DNA of 64,000 bases, taken from positions 55,784 to 119,783 of the IMG/VR virus record IMGVR_UViG_3300044846_005309, one strand, 5' to 3'. The notes under the pieces were generated by a model, which did no database searches, was not told where the DNA came from, and was given only the letters and a program-made list of their open reading frames with translations. The position numbers and the translations under genes are program-made. Of this stretch, positions 1 to 10,795 are shown one piece after another (the first letter of the stretch is position 1; every line of letters begins with the position of its first letter). The stretch is from a virus.

Positions 1-2
1 AT

Positions 3-815
3 AATGAAGTAGATGAATTATTTAATTTTATCAGGCCCACTACTGTAGTGCATTTAGCTGCAAAAGTGGGTGGTATATTAGATAATATTAAAAACCCTAT
101 AAGTTTTTACGAAAACAATATAGATATTAATACAAATGTAGTTAAATGCGCCTACAAGTATGGGTGTACACGTTTTGTCGGGGTGCTCAGTACTTGTATA
201 TACCCCGATAACTTAAATCCAGACTGCTACCCTTTAACAGAAGATAAAATACATGACGGACCTCCAACTATAACTAATTTTTCATATGGTTACGCTAAAC
301 GTTGTTTAGATGTACATCTTAAGTGTTATCAAAAACAACATAATTTGCAGTATAATAGTTTAATACCATGTAATCTTTATTCAGAGTACGATCATTTTGA
401 AGGGGATAAAGCTCATTTCGTGACTAGTCTTGTACGTAAAATAGCCTTAGCGAAAATCAATAAAAAAGATAGTATAGAACTGTACGGTACGGGTAAGCCT
501 TTAAGACAATTCATGCATGCTGAAGATTTTGCAAGAGCAATTATACAGTATACAAAAGGGGAATATTATGCGGATTTAAACATAGCAACACCTGAAGTTT
601 ATACTATTAAACAAATAGCTGAAATAGCTCTTGAAGCATGTGATGCAACTTCTTTAAAAATTAACTGGGATAGGTCTAAGCCTGACGGGCAACACAGAAA
701 AGATGTCACTGATAATAAGTTTAAACAATTTTTTCCACACTTTAAATATACTACTTTAAAGGATGGTATAAAGAGAACTTTTGATAATTATTATCATGGT
801 ATGGTTATTAAATGA
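3..815 (+). CDS. GDP-L-fucose/colitose synthase-like epimerase-reductase (5' truncated by window edge)
   Basis: VVHLAAKVGGI, STCIYP, YGYAKR (YxxxK), LYGTGKPLRQF and KPDGQHRK motifs of the Fcl/ColC family; frame is open back to the window start. Confidence 0.85.
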   Translation, partial: NEVDELFNFIRPTTVVHLAAKVGGILDNIKNPISFYENNIDINTNVVKCAYKYGCTRFVGVLSTCIYPDNLNPDCYPLTEDKIHDGPPTITNFSYGYAKRCLDVHLKCYQKQHNLQYNSLIPCNLYSEYDHFEGDKAHFVTSLVRKIALAKINKKDSIELYGTGKPLRQFMHAEDFARAIIQYTKGEYYADLNIATPEVYTIKQIAEIALEACDATSLKINWDRSKPDGQHRKDVTDNKFKQFFPHFKYTTLKDGIKRTFDNYYHGMVIK

Positions 816-1974
816 ATCTAATTTTACTTGGAAGGACCGTCTTAAGATTTGCGCGTTCTTCTTAAACAAAAAGAAATTCTGGACAATGGCAGATGAGGTC
901 TCAAAATTTGAGACTAGAATGGCTGAGTATGTTGGCAGTAAATATGCTATTTTTGTATCGAGTGGCTCAACTGCGAACACTTTAATAGCTATGCACTTAA
1001 AAGATAGGTTAAGGGCAGAAGGAAAAAATATCGTTATTTTTCCTTCTACTACATGGATTACTTCAGTTTCCCCGTTTCTTAGAGAAGGCTTTACCCCGCA
1101 CTTTATAGATATTACTTTAAAAGACTTAAGTTTAGATTTAGAAAAACTCGAAGAATATTTAAAACTTAACTGCAATAAAGTTGCATGTGTATTTGTAACG
1201 AGCTTATTAGGTTTCAGTCCAAATATAGATAAACTTTATGATTTAAGTGTAAAATATGGAGTCAAAATAATGTTAGACAACTGCGAGTCTACTTTCACTC
1301 GTTATAAAGAACGTAATATTTCTTTTTATTTTACCTCTACTACTAGTACATATTTTGGTCATCAAATACAAAGTGTAGAGGGCGGTTTTGTGTTTACAAA
1401 CTGCAAAAAAGAAAGGGATTACTTTCTTATGGCCAGAAATCACGGAATGGTACGCAGTCTTTCTACGGAAGAAGATAAAATTCCTTTCCGCAATCTAGAT
1501 GTTGATAGTCGTTTTGATTTTAATTTATTAGGAAATAATTTTAGAAATACTAATATTAACGCATACATTGGTCAGTTAGACATTAAAAGAGCAACCAAAT
1601 ATACTAAAAAAAGAAAAGAATTGTATAGTTTTTATTTAGATAAAGTAAAAAATATTTCCCTTTTACAAACAATTGAAATGAGAACAGGATTATACGAAGA
1701 TGTACCTTTTTCTTTTCCTATAATTTTTACCGAAGGTGGAATAAAAAAAGATATTGAAACCCGGGTACTCGGTGCAGATATTGAAACTAGGCCTATTATT
1801 TCAGGCAATCTTTTAAGACAAACTTGTCTTAAAGAAATTGCAGATGCTAGGTCTTTTCCAGTAAGCGATTTTATACATAAAAATGGTTTTTATGTAGGGC
1901 TACATAATAGAGTTACTAAAAAACACGTTACTGAGCTTGTAGAAATTCTAAAAACCGGCCTGTCATATTTTTAA
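796..1974 (+). CDS. DegT/DnrJ-family PLP enzyme, ColD-type GDP-4-keto-6-deoxymannose 3-dehydratase
   Basis: SSGSTAN, DNCES, GHQIQSVEGG (His in place of the usual Schiff-base Lys), ETRPIISGNLLRQ; ATG at 796 chosen as start. Confidence 0.75.
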   Translation: MVWLLNESNFTWKDRLKICAFFLNKKKFWTMADEVSKFETRMAEYVGSKYAIFVSSGSTANTLIAMHLKDRLRAEGKNIVIFPSTTWITSVSPFLREGFTPHFIDITLKDLSLDLEKLEEYLKLNCNKVACVFVTSLLGFSPNIDKLYDLSVKYGVKIMLDNCESTFTRYKERNISFYFTSTTSTYFGHQIQSVEGGFVFTNCKKERDYFLMARNHGMVRSLSTEEDKIPFRNLDVDSRFDFNLLGNNFRNTNINAYIGQLDIKRATKYTKKRKELYSFYLDKVKNISLLQTIEMRTGLYEDVPFSFPIIFTEGGIKKDIETRVLGADIETRPIISGNLLRQTCLKEIADARSFPVSDFIHKNGFYVGLHNRVTKKHVTELVEILKTGLSYF

Positions 1975-2778
1975 CCAACTCTCTGGTATTACATCTTTGG
2001 GATCAATAACACCTTCATAGGCAGGTCCAAACCATTTTTTAGGCCCGACCACTATTTTTTTAGGGTTAATATTTAACCAAGCAGCCCACCAGCTAAATGA
2101 ACTGTTAGCTATTACGTTATGCGCGCACATACTCATTGCACACATATCTTCAAAAGGATTAGTAAGCGTAGAAAAAAATACTCTTGAATCTTGTGCAAAA
2201 GCTTGTTTGCACCATTCAATATCATCAGAGAAAATTAAATAATATTTAGTTTTAATTGACTTACAAGCTTTTATATAATACTCCTGCGGCATAAGTGGGT
2301 GATGTTCTTGTTTATGTACGTAATCCCCTCTACGTAAATGTAAGGAGGTCGTATTTTCAGGCTCTATATTTAACTGCTTAAACAATTGCACAGCTTGTTC
2401 CTTAATTTCAGGCTTGAATTGAAAATTGTCTATAATGTAATTTTTATTATGAATGAAATATTTTTCACTTTGAAAATAGCCAGCTAAATCAGTATTATCA
2501 GGCTGTTCTAGTACTTTACTATCATAATGAAACCAGCGCTCATTATAAACGTTTAATTTCATCTGGCCTAGTTCTTCTATAGTTATAGAAGGAGTTTTAA
2601 TAATAAAACCTTCTGCTATAGATCTGTTCATACAATTATAATTAATATCAAAGTATGAAGGCCTTAAAGGAATTTTTACTTCATACCCTTTACTTTTACC
2701 TAAAGACAATAAAACTGCATACTGAAACATAGAATTGCCTATGTTACCGTGCACCCCCAATTTAGAGTATGTTATCAT
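1963..2778 (-). CDS. GT11 alpha-1,2-fucosyl/colitosyltransferase-like
   Basis: GNIGNSMFQY, GYFQSEKYF, HLRRGDY, FSDDIEWC, NSSFSWW motifs. Confidence 0.85.
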   Translation of the reverse strand: MITYSKLGVHGNIGNSMFQYAVLLSLGKSKGYEVKIPLRPSYFDINYNCMNRSIAEGFIIKTPSITIEELGQMKLNVYNERWFHYDSKVLEQPDNTDLAGYFQSEKYFIHNKNYIIDNFQFKPEIKEQAVQLFKQLNIEPENTTSLHLRRGDYVHKQEHHPLMPQEYYIKACKSIKTKYYLIFSDDIEWCKQAFAQDSRVFFSTLTNPFEDMCAMSMCAHNVIANSSFSWWAAWLNINPKKIVVGPKKWFGPAYEGVIDPKDVIPESWLKI

Positions 2779-2789
2779 TTTAAAAAAAA

Positions 2790-3542
2790 TTATTCTATCC
2801 AATTCCAATTTTTAATTTCTTGTTTTAATTCTTCTTTAGTTAATTTTGAAACTCTGTTGTATTCATTTAAGTTAGAAGCAATATATGGATTGTGGTTATA
2901 AGAAGTATCTTTTCTTTCATGAGTTAAGTGCAATAAAGGATCTGAGACTCTACCAAACTTATAACCAAGTCGGCTGAATCTTGTATAAATTTCATTATCT
3001 TCATACCCCAGCCCTTTAAAGTTTTCGTTGGCGCCACCGCCCTCCCAAAAAACAGAAGCATTAAAAAAGACCGCTCCACCAACTGAATGCGGGTTAAATA
3101 AAGTGCAATGCTCTAAAGTAACATGTTCTGTACTTGCTGTACTTTTAATTTTTTCATGAAATTGTTTAGGTACATCGTAAAACCGACCATCATATGGATA
3201 AACAATATCAGCATCCTTATTCATAATAATTTTTGTAGCTTTTTTAAGCTGGTTAGGAGTAAACAAAACGTCTGCATCATAATGCGCGATTATAGAGGTT
3301 TTCGCGTATTTTGCAGCTAAATTTACACCCCGTTGCCTATTAAAAAATTCTTCTGTTTTACAAAAAACGTACCCGCAGTTGTATTTATTTGCTAATTTAG
3401 GGGATACGTCTTGCTCACAAAGCACAATATTTGTGTCAAAGTTGGTTTGCAAATATGGGATAGTAATATCTAAATTTTTAACTCTATCTTCACTATCTAC
3501 TTTAATTGCAATTAAAAATGTAACGTTTTTTAAGTCTACCAT
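2790..3542 (-). CDS. glycosyltransferase (GT2/GT7 galactosyltransferase-like)
   Basis: FNRQRGVN, DAD motif, GGANENFKGLGYEDNE. Confidence 0.75.
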   Translation of the reverse strand: MVDLKNVTFLIAIKVDSEDRVKNLDITIPYLQTNFDTNIVLCEQDVSPKLANKYNCGYVFCKTEEFFNRQRGVNLAAKYAKTSIIAHYDADVLFTPNQLKKATKIIMNKDADIVYPYDGRFYDVPKQFHEKIKSTASTEHVTLEHCTLFNPHSVGGAVFFNASVFWEGGGANENFKGLGYEDNEIYTRFSRLGYKFGRVSDPLLHLTHERKDTSYNHNPYIASNLNEYNRVSKLTKEELKQEIKNWNWIE

Positions 3543-3590
3543 ATTTTTATTTACAGTAGATTTAAAATTATTACACTCTAATATTAGCAT

Positions 3591-5414
3591 ATGCGGTATA
3601 TTCATTTTAAGAGGCTTAAAGCTACTAATTTTCTTTCTATTGGTAAGAAGCCTGTTGAAGTTGTATTCCGTCCCGGTCTTAATATTATTACCGGCCGTAA
3701 TTTTGATAAAGCTGATCGAGCTAACGGAGTAGGCAAATCAACTATTGCAGATGCAATGCATTTTGCATTGTATGGAAGCACCATAAGAGAACTAAAGAAA
3801 GAAAACATAGTAAATGATCAAGCCCCGGATAGTCTTTGTGAAGTAGAACTCGAGTTTGTTTGCATACAAGGAGAAACTAGTAACACTTATAAGATAGTAA
3901 GAACGCTCAATCCAACCAAATGTTATCTCTTTATGAACGATCAAGAAATAACTCGTTCAGGGGTACCGCAAACTACTGAGTATATTGTTGATATAATTAA
4001 AACTTCTTCTGAAGTTTTCCAGAATAGTGTAGTAATGACTATTAACAACACTGTACCTTTTATGGCGCAGAAAAAAGTTGAAAAGCGCAAATTCATTGAA
4101 GGCATACTCGGGCTTGAAGTGTTCGGTAATATGCTGCTTTTTGCACGTCATGACTACAATGAAACCAAACGTAATCTAGAAGTAGAAACAACTAAATTTG
4201 AAGAGATAAATCGCTCTTTACAGGATAATATAAAACAAAAAGAACTTTACGACGCAAACAAAGAAAAGAGACTTGAAACGCTTAAAGTACGTCAAACTAA
4301 TAATAGTAATGAGCTTTTTCTGCTTAAAGAAAAATTAGATAAGTTTGAGCCGGTAGATAGTGAAGCTAAAGCAAAACTAGAAGAAGAGCTTAAAAATTTT
4401 ACTAATGCTAAAAAAATATTAGCCGGAAATTTGCTAGAAACGGAAAGACTTATTACCGAGGCTAACACCCATATTAAAATTAATACCGATCGTAATAAAA
4501 AAATAAAAAAAGTAAACAGTCTATGCCCCCATTGCGGAAAAGATTTGGCCGAAGCTGTCAATACTCAATACGAAAAAGATAAAAATGATTGTATAAGAGA
4601 AATTGAAAAGTACGAAGAAGTACTAAAAACTAATACCCCTAAACACAAGGATATTACTAGTAAAATTAGTAAATTAGAAGAAAATTTAATTAAACTGCAA
4701 AACAGGTTTAACGAGTTTGTTATACGCAAAAAAGAAATAGAAAATATAAATTCAAGAATTACCCAGTTAGACGCATGGCAACAGCAACTATCTATAGATA
4801 TAGACAATCTTAATAAGGATTCAAATAATTTTGAAAAGATTATTCTAGATATAACGTCCCGCATAAACGAAACCAAAACTGGTATAACCGCTTTGCAGAC
4901 ACGTATTGAAATAATTGAAAACGCTAAACTAATAGTTTCAGAAGAAGGAGTAAAATCCTATATAGTTAAGAAGATTATTGAAGTATTAAACACTAGATTA
5001 GGGTTCTACTTGAAAAAACTTGAAAGTAACAGTATTGTGCGTTTTAATGAGTTTTTTGAAGAAATTATTACTAACGAGCGAGGCAAAGAATGTAGCTATT
5101 TTAATTTTTCAGGAGCTGAGCGTAAGGCTATAGATCTAGCCATGCTTTTTACTTTTCAGGATATAAGAAGAGCACAGGCTCAAGTATGTCTTAATTTATC
5201 TATGTTTGACGAGCTTTTTGACTCGTCTTTGGATGAAAAAGGTATTGAGTTAGTACTTGATATTCTTAAAGAAAGAGTAGATAACTATAATGAAGCTATT
5301 TATATTATTTCTCACCGTAAAGAAAGTAAAAAGTACTGTATAGGCGGAGAAATAATCTTCTTAGTAAAGAAAAACGGCATTACCACACGAACAACTAACT
5401 ATGACTTATCCTAA
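3591..5414 (+). CDS. recombination endonuclease ATPase subunit (T4 gp46/SbcC/Rad50-like)
   Basis: NFLSIG, Walker A NGVGKST, coiled coil with CPHC zinc hook, FSGAE signature, FDELFDSSLD Walker B, ISH. Confidence 0.92.
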   Translation: MRYIHFKRLKATNFLSIGKKPVEVVFRPGLNIITGRNFDKADRANGVGKSTIADAMHFALYGSTIRELKKENIVNDQAPDSLCEVELEFVCIQGETSNTYKIVRTLNPTKCYLFMNDQEITRSGVPQTTEYIVDIIKTSSEVFQNSVVMTINNTVPFMAQKKVEKRKFIEGILGLEVFGNMLLFARHDYNETKRNLEVETTKFEEINRSLQDNIKQKELYDANKEKRLETLKVRQTNNSNELFLLKEKLDKFEPVDSEAKAKLEEELKNFTNAKKILAGNLLETERLITEANTHIKINTDRNKKIKKVNSLCPHCGKDLAEAVNTQYEKDKNDCIREIEKYEEVLKTNTPKHKDITSKISKLEENLIKLQNRFNEFVIRKKEIENINSRITQLDAWQQQLSIDIDNLNKDSNNFEKIILDITSRINETKTGITALQTRIEIIENAKLIVSEEGVKSYIVKKIIEVLNTRLGFYLKKLESNSIVRFNEFFEEIITNERGKECSYFNFSGAERKAIDLAMLFTFQDIRRAQAQVCLNLSMFDELFDSSLDEKGIELVLDILKERVDNYNEAIYIISHRKESKKYCIGGEIIFLVKKNGITTRTTNYDLS

Positions 5415-6576
5415 TTTCGGCAATGTATTTGGAGCTCCGCAACTACCATTTGGCGTACCAGCTGTCGGTAACCCTATGGTCAACGCAGCACCTCAACAGG
5501 TTATGCAACACGGTGGGATGCCTAACGGCTTAGATCGAGCTATTAGTTTTGCTGCCGACCATCAAGGTTGCGGGTTCTGGAGAATGCATTGGCCGGAATT
5601 ACTAATTAACGGGCAGCAACTTGGAATTATTAACAATAATAATTTCATGATTTTGCAAGAGAACTTTTATGGTGGTATTAAGAGCGTACGTGTTCAAAGA
5701 CAGGTAACCCCTACTCAGCTGCAATTTGTAAAGTTTTTAAGAGAGCTTTCTAATAAAACTAACAAATTTAAAATTTATTACGAAATTGATGATGTTATTT
5801 TTCCAGAAGATATTCCTGTGTATAACAAGGCTCGAGAGGCATTTGTAGACCCAGTTATAGGGGCTACAGCTATAGAAATAATGAAACATTGCGATATGAT
5901 TACTACCCCGACTGCCTACATGTCTCAGTATTATCAAAAAAGAAGCGGGGTACCTGCAATAGTACTACCTAATTATATACCTAAGTTTTGGCTAGATAGA
6001 TTTTATACAAAATCTAAAATAGTTGAAAATTTTGATAGAAATAGAAAGCGGCCACGGGTAGGTTATGTCGGTAGCCCTACTCATTTCAATATTGCAAAAT
6101 TACCCGGGGTTCAAGATGACTTTAAAGGTATTGTAGAAGTTATTATTAAAACAGTAAAAAACTTTAAATGGGTGTTGATGGGGGGTCTCCCACAAGAACT
6201 TGAACACTATGTGCGTACCGGAGAAATTGAATACCAGCCCTGGGCTCGTATTTTTGATTACCCTTCAGTCTATGATAGTTTGAATCTTAATGTAGCTATT
6301 GCACCTATTCAAAATAATCCTTTTAATCTGGCAAAAGCTAATATTAAATACATTGAAGCAGGGGCGTTAGGTATCCCGTGTGTATGTCAAGATCTCGAGC
6401 CGTATAAAATTGCTCCTTTGCGTTTTAACACAGGGGATGAAATGATTGATAAAATTAAAAAATTGACTTCTGATAGAAAAACTTACCTCACCGAATCTGA
6501 TAATGCCCGCAAAGTTGCATGTAAATACTGGCTGGAAGATCATATTGATGAGTACGTAAAGCTATATTTTACTTGA
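5401..6576 (+). CDS. glycosyltransferase (GT-B/GT4-like)
   Basis: GCGFWR, YEIDD, VGYVGSPTH, IAPIQNNPFNLAKANIKYIEAGALGIP. Confidence 0.7.
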   Translation: MTYPNFGNVFGAPQLPFGVPAVGNPMVNAAPQQVMQHGGMPNGLDRAISFAADHQGCGFWRMHWPELLINGQQLGIINNNNFMILQENFYGGIKSVRVQRQVTPTQLQFVKFLRELSNKTNKFKIYYEIDDVIFPEDIPVYNKAREAFVDPVIGATAIEIMKHCDMITTPTAYMSQYYQKRSGVPAIVLPNYIPKFWLDRFYTKSKIVENFDRNRKRPRVGYVGSPTHFNIAKLPGVQDDFKGIVEVIIKTVKNFKWVLMGGLPQELEHYVRTGEIEYQPWARIFDYPSVYDSLNLNVAIAPIQNNPFNLAKANIKYIEAGALGIPCVCQDLEPYKIAPLRFNTGDEMIDKIKKLTSDRKTYLTESDNARKVACKYWLEDHIDEYVKLYFT

Positions 6577-6608
6577 ACTTTATGTAAGGTCATACGACAA
6601 TATGACCT

Positions 6609-9173
6609 ATGTACCGTAACGTTTATTATAGCTCTCGAGACGGGTTGATCCATCTCTTTACTTGGAATGATAAAGGAGAGCGAGTTATCAAGAAGATGGC
6701 ATTTCAGCCGTATTTTTACGTTGAGACGAATTCTGATAACGTAGACGCTGTATCTATCTTTAATACTAAACTAAAGAAAAAGGTTTTTCGCAATAGTTTT
6801 GATCGTAATAAAGCTGCGCAAGATGGAGCTATCAAGCGGCTTTACCATAATATTCAAGTAGAGCAGCAATTTTTAATAGATCAATTTAGTGAACAATACG
6901 ATAAACCCGAATTTACTGCTAACCCTATTAAGGTGTGTTTTCTGGATATCGAAGTATTCAGCCCTGATGAATTTCCGGAAGCTAAAGATGCAAAGCACCC
7001 TATCAATCTAATTACCATCTATGATAATTTATCTAAAACGTTTTACACATGGGGAACTAAGCCGTATACCTCTAAGCGTCAAAATGTAGTATATACAGAA
7101 TGCTCGAGCGAAGCCGATCTTCTAGAAAAGTTTTTAGAGTTTTGGGAGAATGGGTATTACCCGGACATTCTATCAGGGTGGAATACGGACTTTTTCGATT
7201 TTCCGTATTTAATTAACCGTATTACTAACTTACTCGGGGAAGATGCCGCAAAGCGGTTATCCCCGCTTAAGAGTCTGTGGTGCCGGAAAGGTATTTTTGT
7301 AAAGGGTCAAGAACTAGACCGCTGGTATATTCATGGCCTTGCAGCTATGGACTATCTTGAAGTCTACAAAGGTTTCGCTCGCGGGTTGCTTGAGTCATAT
7401 GCTCTCAACTTTGTTGCGCAGCACGAGCTAGGAGAAGGTAAGTTGGCTATTAACGCAACTAATCTAGCTACTCTTTCAGAGTCTGATTGGAATAATTTTG
7501 TAGATTATAACATTCAAGACGTTGACCTACTTGTGCGTATGGAGAACAAGCTTCAATTCTTTAAGATTATACGTATGTTAGCGTATAAGGGATTAACTAA
7601 TTTCGAAAGCGCGCTTGGTAAAGTCTCTATTGTAACTGGCTGCGTCTCCCTAGAAGCCCGTAAACATGGTATGGTTATACCTACGTTTGTAGAAGGGCCC
7701 ACAAGAGAAGCTATTGAAGGAGGTTATGTAAGAGATCCTGAACGAGGTCTTAAGACTGCTGTAGTTAGCTACGATGCTAACTCACTATATCCTAATACTA
7801 TCATTACTCTTAATATCTCCCCCGAAACTAAGGTAGGTAAAATTGTTAGTAGAGATAATGAAAATACCAACATACTTTTAACGAGTGGTAAAGAGTATAA
7901 ATTACCTAATGCTAAGTTTGAACAATTTGTAGCTTTGGAAAAACTGGCTATTTCTAAGGCTAATGTGTTATACACTCAAAAGAAGAAAGGAGTTGTGCCT
8001 TCTCTTATTGACGGGCTATATGCAGAACGAGTTGCTAACAAAAATCAGTACGTAGAGTATAAGAAAAAACTCAGTAAGTTAATTCCAGATACTGATGATT
8101 ATAGAGCGTGTAAGACTTTTATGGAAAGAGCGGATACTATTCAATACGTTATCAAAATTTTGCTTAATTCTATTTATGGTGTTTTTGCTAATAAATTTTC
8201 TCCTATTTGCGATAGTGATCATGCTGGGAGTATTACTCTCACGGGGCAATCTGTGGTTAAACAAGCAAGTGTTATCCTGGATGAATATGCTAAAACAAGA
8301 CATAGTATTGGGACTTCTCTTACTATTTACGGGGATACTGACAGTACTCACATTACTATACAGCCTATACTCGATAAGTTAAAATTAAAAATATTTCAGA
8401 ATAATAAAGTTACGCCTGAAGGGTTAGATCTTATTGATAAAGATATGGGGACATATCTTAATGATGAGATTAAAAAGTGGTCTGCTTCAGAGTTCAAATC
8501 AGTCGATCCTCGTTATTTCTTTAAACGAGAATCAATTTGTGATGTAGGGGTGTACCTAGAAAAGAAGCGCTATATTATTCACGTACTCAATGATGAAGGG
8601 GCAGACGTAAATAAGTTTAAATACGTAGGTGTCGAGATTGCTCGTTCTACCACACCTAAAAAAGCTAAAGAACTTATTAAGAAAGTAATTGAAACGTCCC
8701 TAGTAATGCAGGACCAGATTAATGCTAATAACCTTTACAAGCAAACCTACGAAAGCTTTAAGAAATTACAAATTGATGATATAGCTATTAGAGGGGGGTT
8801 AAGTGATTTAGAAAAGTATGAGAGTAAATGTGAGTACCCTTTTAAAATTGCTAAAGGCACTCCTAATCACGTAAAAGGTGCAATTTACTTTAATCACCTA
8901 CTTAGAAAGATGGGTTTAGATACAAAATACGAAAAAATTACTTCAGGGGGTAAGGTTAAAAAGATTTACGTTGCTCCTAATCGTTACCAAATCGATACGC
9001 TTTGCTATACCGCAACCTACCCAGTAGAATTTACTGAGTTTCAGGTAGATTATATTGAAATGTTTGATACACTTATTAAACCGCCTATCTTAGCAGTTTA
9101 TGAGGCTATTGGTTGGCGACTGCCCGATGTTGTTAATGAATCTGAAACCGATCTTTTTTCTTTATTCTCATGA
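6609..9173 (+). CDS. family B DNA polymerase (T4 gp43-like)
   Basis: Exo motifs DIEV, GWNTDFFDFPY, YNIQDV; polymerase motifs YDANSLYP, KILLNSIYG, YGDTDS, KKRY. Confidence 0.97.
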   Translation: MYRNVYYSSRDGLIHLFTWNDKGERVIKKMAFQPYFYVETNSDNVDAVSIFNTKLKKKVFRNSFDRNKAAQDGAIKRLYHNIQVEQQFLIDQFSEQYDKPEFTANPIKVCFLDIEVFSPDEFPEAKDAKHPINLITIYDNLSKTFYTWGTKPYTSKRQNVVYTECSSEADLLEKFLEFWENGYYPDILSGWNTDFFDFPYLINRITNLLGEDAAKRLSPLKSLWCRKGIFVKGQELDRWYIHGLAAMDYLEVYKGFARGLLESYALNFVAQHELGEGKLAINATNLATLSESDWNNFVDYNIQDVDLLVRMENKLQFFKIIRMLAYKGLTNFESALGKVSIVTGCVSLEARKHGMVIPTFVEGPTREAIEGGYVRDPERGLKTAVVSYDANSLYPNTIITLNISPETKVGKIVSRDNENTNILLTSGKEYKLPNAKFEQFVALEKLAISKANVLYTQKKKGVVPSLIDGLYAERVANKNQYVEYKKKLSKLIPDTDDYRACKTFMERADTIQYVIKILLNSIYGVFANKFSPICDSDHAGSITLTGQSVVKQASVILDEYAKTRHSIGTSLTIYGDTDSTHITIQPILDKLKLKIFQNNKVTPEGLDLIDKDMGTYLNDEIKKWSASEFKSVDPRYFFKRESICDVGVYLEKKRYIIHVLNDEGADVNKFKYVGVEIARSTTPKKAKELIKKVIETSLVMQDQINANNLYKQTYESFKKLQIDDIAIRGGLSDLEKYESKCEYPFKIAKGTPNHVKGAIYFNHLLRKMGLDTKYEKITSGGKVKKIYVAPNRYQIDTLCYTATYPVEFTEFQVDYIEMFDTLIKPPILAVYEAIGWRLPDVVNESETDLFSLFS

Positions 9174-9979
9174 TTAAAATCTCACACGAATCCCCTCTTA
9201 GTATGCTTGAGATCTCTCGGACATACAACGATTATGACTATGCTCTGGTACATCTTTTCGAGACTAACCCTGAGTATTTTTCTTTTTTTAAAGAAAGTTT
9301 AAAGTTAAACCGAACTGTTCTTCTAGATAATTCTATTTTTGAACTCGGTGTTGCTTTCGAAACAAAAAAATATATTAATTGGATTAATAATTTGGAGCCT
9401 ACAGAGTATATTATACCCGACGTACTTGAAAATTGCGATAAAACCATTCAAGAAGCAAAATACTGGATGGGTGGTGCAATTTTTTCTTGTTATAGTGATT
9501 CTGTACCGATCGGAGTTATACAAGGTAAGACCTATGCAGAATTTGTTAAATGCTACACTGCTTTAGATTATTTAGGGGTAGAGAAACTAGCTATTTCCTT
9601 TGATTATAGTTACTATTTAACGGTTTTTCCGCATCCTAATAAATGGGTAAGTTATGCCATGGGAAGAGTGATGACTCTAAAAAGACTTTTGGACGATGGT
9701 GTCATTAATACCAAGAAGCCACACCACCTACTTGGCTGCGCACATCCTCGCGAATATAGTTTTTATAACGATCCCTCTTTTAATTGGATCAAGACTTTAG
9801 ATACTTCATCTCCTATTGTACACGGTATTAAGAAAGTAGGTTATGGAGATCTTTTTGCAAACTGGACAAAAGAAAAAACTAAACTCGTCGACCTACTAGA
9901 TTGTGTTCCCGATGAAGAGCAAGAACAATGGATAGCAGAAAATATAAGAGACTTTAGAAAGTTTGTCCATAATGGATAA
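9170..9979 (+). CDS. TGT-like barrel protein, candidate divergent DpdA (7-deazaguanine transglycosylase)
   Basis: LLDNS, IPDV, GVIQG, HHLLG and LDTSS motifs resemble tRNA-guanine transglycosylase/DpdA barrels; overlaps the polymerase stop and sits with queF and a purN-like gene. Confidence 0.5.
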   Translation: MIKISHESPLSMLEISRTYNDYDYALVHLFETNPEYFSFFKESLKLNRTVLLDNSIFELGVAFETKKYINWINNLEPTEYIIPDVLENCDKTIQEAKYWMGGAIFSCYSDSVPIGVIQGKTYAEFVKCYTALDYLGVEKLAISFDYSYYLTVFPHPNKWVSYAMGRVMTLKRLLDDGVINTKKPHHLLGCAHPREYSFYNDPSFNWIKTLDTSSPIVHGIKKVGYGDLFANWTKEKTKLVDLLDCVPDEEQEQWIAENIRDFRKFVHNG

Positions 9980-10205
9980 GACGATTGAAACTTTAACTGA
10001 AATTGTACGAATTAATTATCCACATTTATTAGACGGAGATACAAAAATAATCGACTATTGCTTTTGGAACGCAACAAGCAATAAAGAATTACCCGTCAAA
10101 AAACTAGAAAATGTTAAATCCTATAAACTTACCCATGACAATTTTGATTTAGTGCTTGTAATTTTTTTCAGTGATAATACAATAGGTTTTAGATTAAAAA
10201 TATGA
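9972..10205 (+). CDS. hypothetical protein
   Basis: Small ORF overlapping both neighbouring genes in the operon. Confidence 0.55.
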   Translation: MDKTIETLTEIVRINYPHLLDGDTKIIDYCFWNATSNKELPVKKLENVKSYKLTHDNFDLVLVIFFSDNTIGFRLKI

Positions 10206-10795
10206 AAAAAGACTTTTACTGGAAAGCGCTTTTTTCTCAAAGCGGGTCTGAGATACTAGAGGTTTCAACTCGAGTTGGGCGCTTCCCGAATGCAATTATT
10301 ACTAACAAGCCTTTAGAAGATATGGATCGTATTAATCCTAGACTTCTAGAGTTAGCTTTTGATCGGTTTATTTTTATTTCTCAAAAGCCATCGATAGAGG
10401 AATACAAAGAATCTATTAGACGGGCTGATATGGTAACATTACACGGTTTTTTACGTATTTTACCTTCTCAAATTTGTGGCCGTTATAGGATTTTTAATGG
10501 TCACCCAGGCCTTATTACTAAGTTTCCTGCGCTTAAAGGTAAAGATCCTCAGAAAAAAGTTTGGGATAACTATGCAAATACACCATACAAGCTTCATGGA
10601 CATGTTATACATGAAGTTATACCTGAAGTAGATGCTGGTAAGGTTGTTTCTGAAAAACAGTTTTATAGCGAAAACATCTATACCGATTTTAATAATATCG
10701 ATTCTTATATTGCTAAGCTGCACAGTCTGGCAATTGAAAATTGGGTTGAGTTTATTAAAAAACGTATTATACTAAATAATTCTTATGCGAAATAA
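10202..10795 (+). CDS. PurN-like formyltransferase (candidate DpdN, preQ1 formyltransferase)
   Basis: FSQSGS, LHGFLRIL, IFNGHPGL, HEVIPEVDAGKV formyltransferase motifs. Confidence 0.75.
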   Translation: MKKDFYWKALFSQSGSEILEVSTRVGRFPNAIITNKPLEDMDRINPRLLELAFDRFIFISQKPSIEEYKESIRRADMVTLHGFLRILPSQICGRYRIFNGHPGLITKFPALKGKDPQKKVWDNYANTPYKLHGHVIHEVIPEVDAGKVVSEKQFYSENIYTDFNNIDSYIAKLHSLAIENWVEFIKKRIILNNSYAK

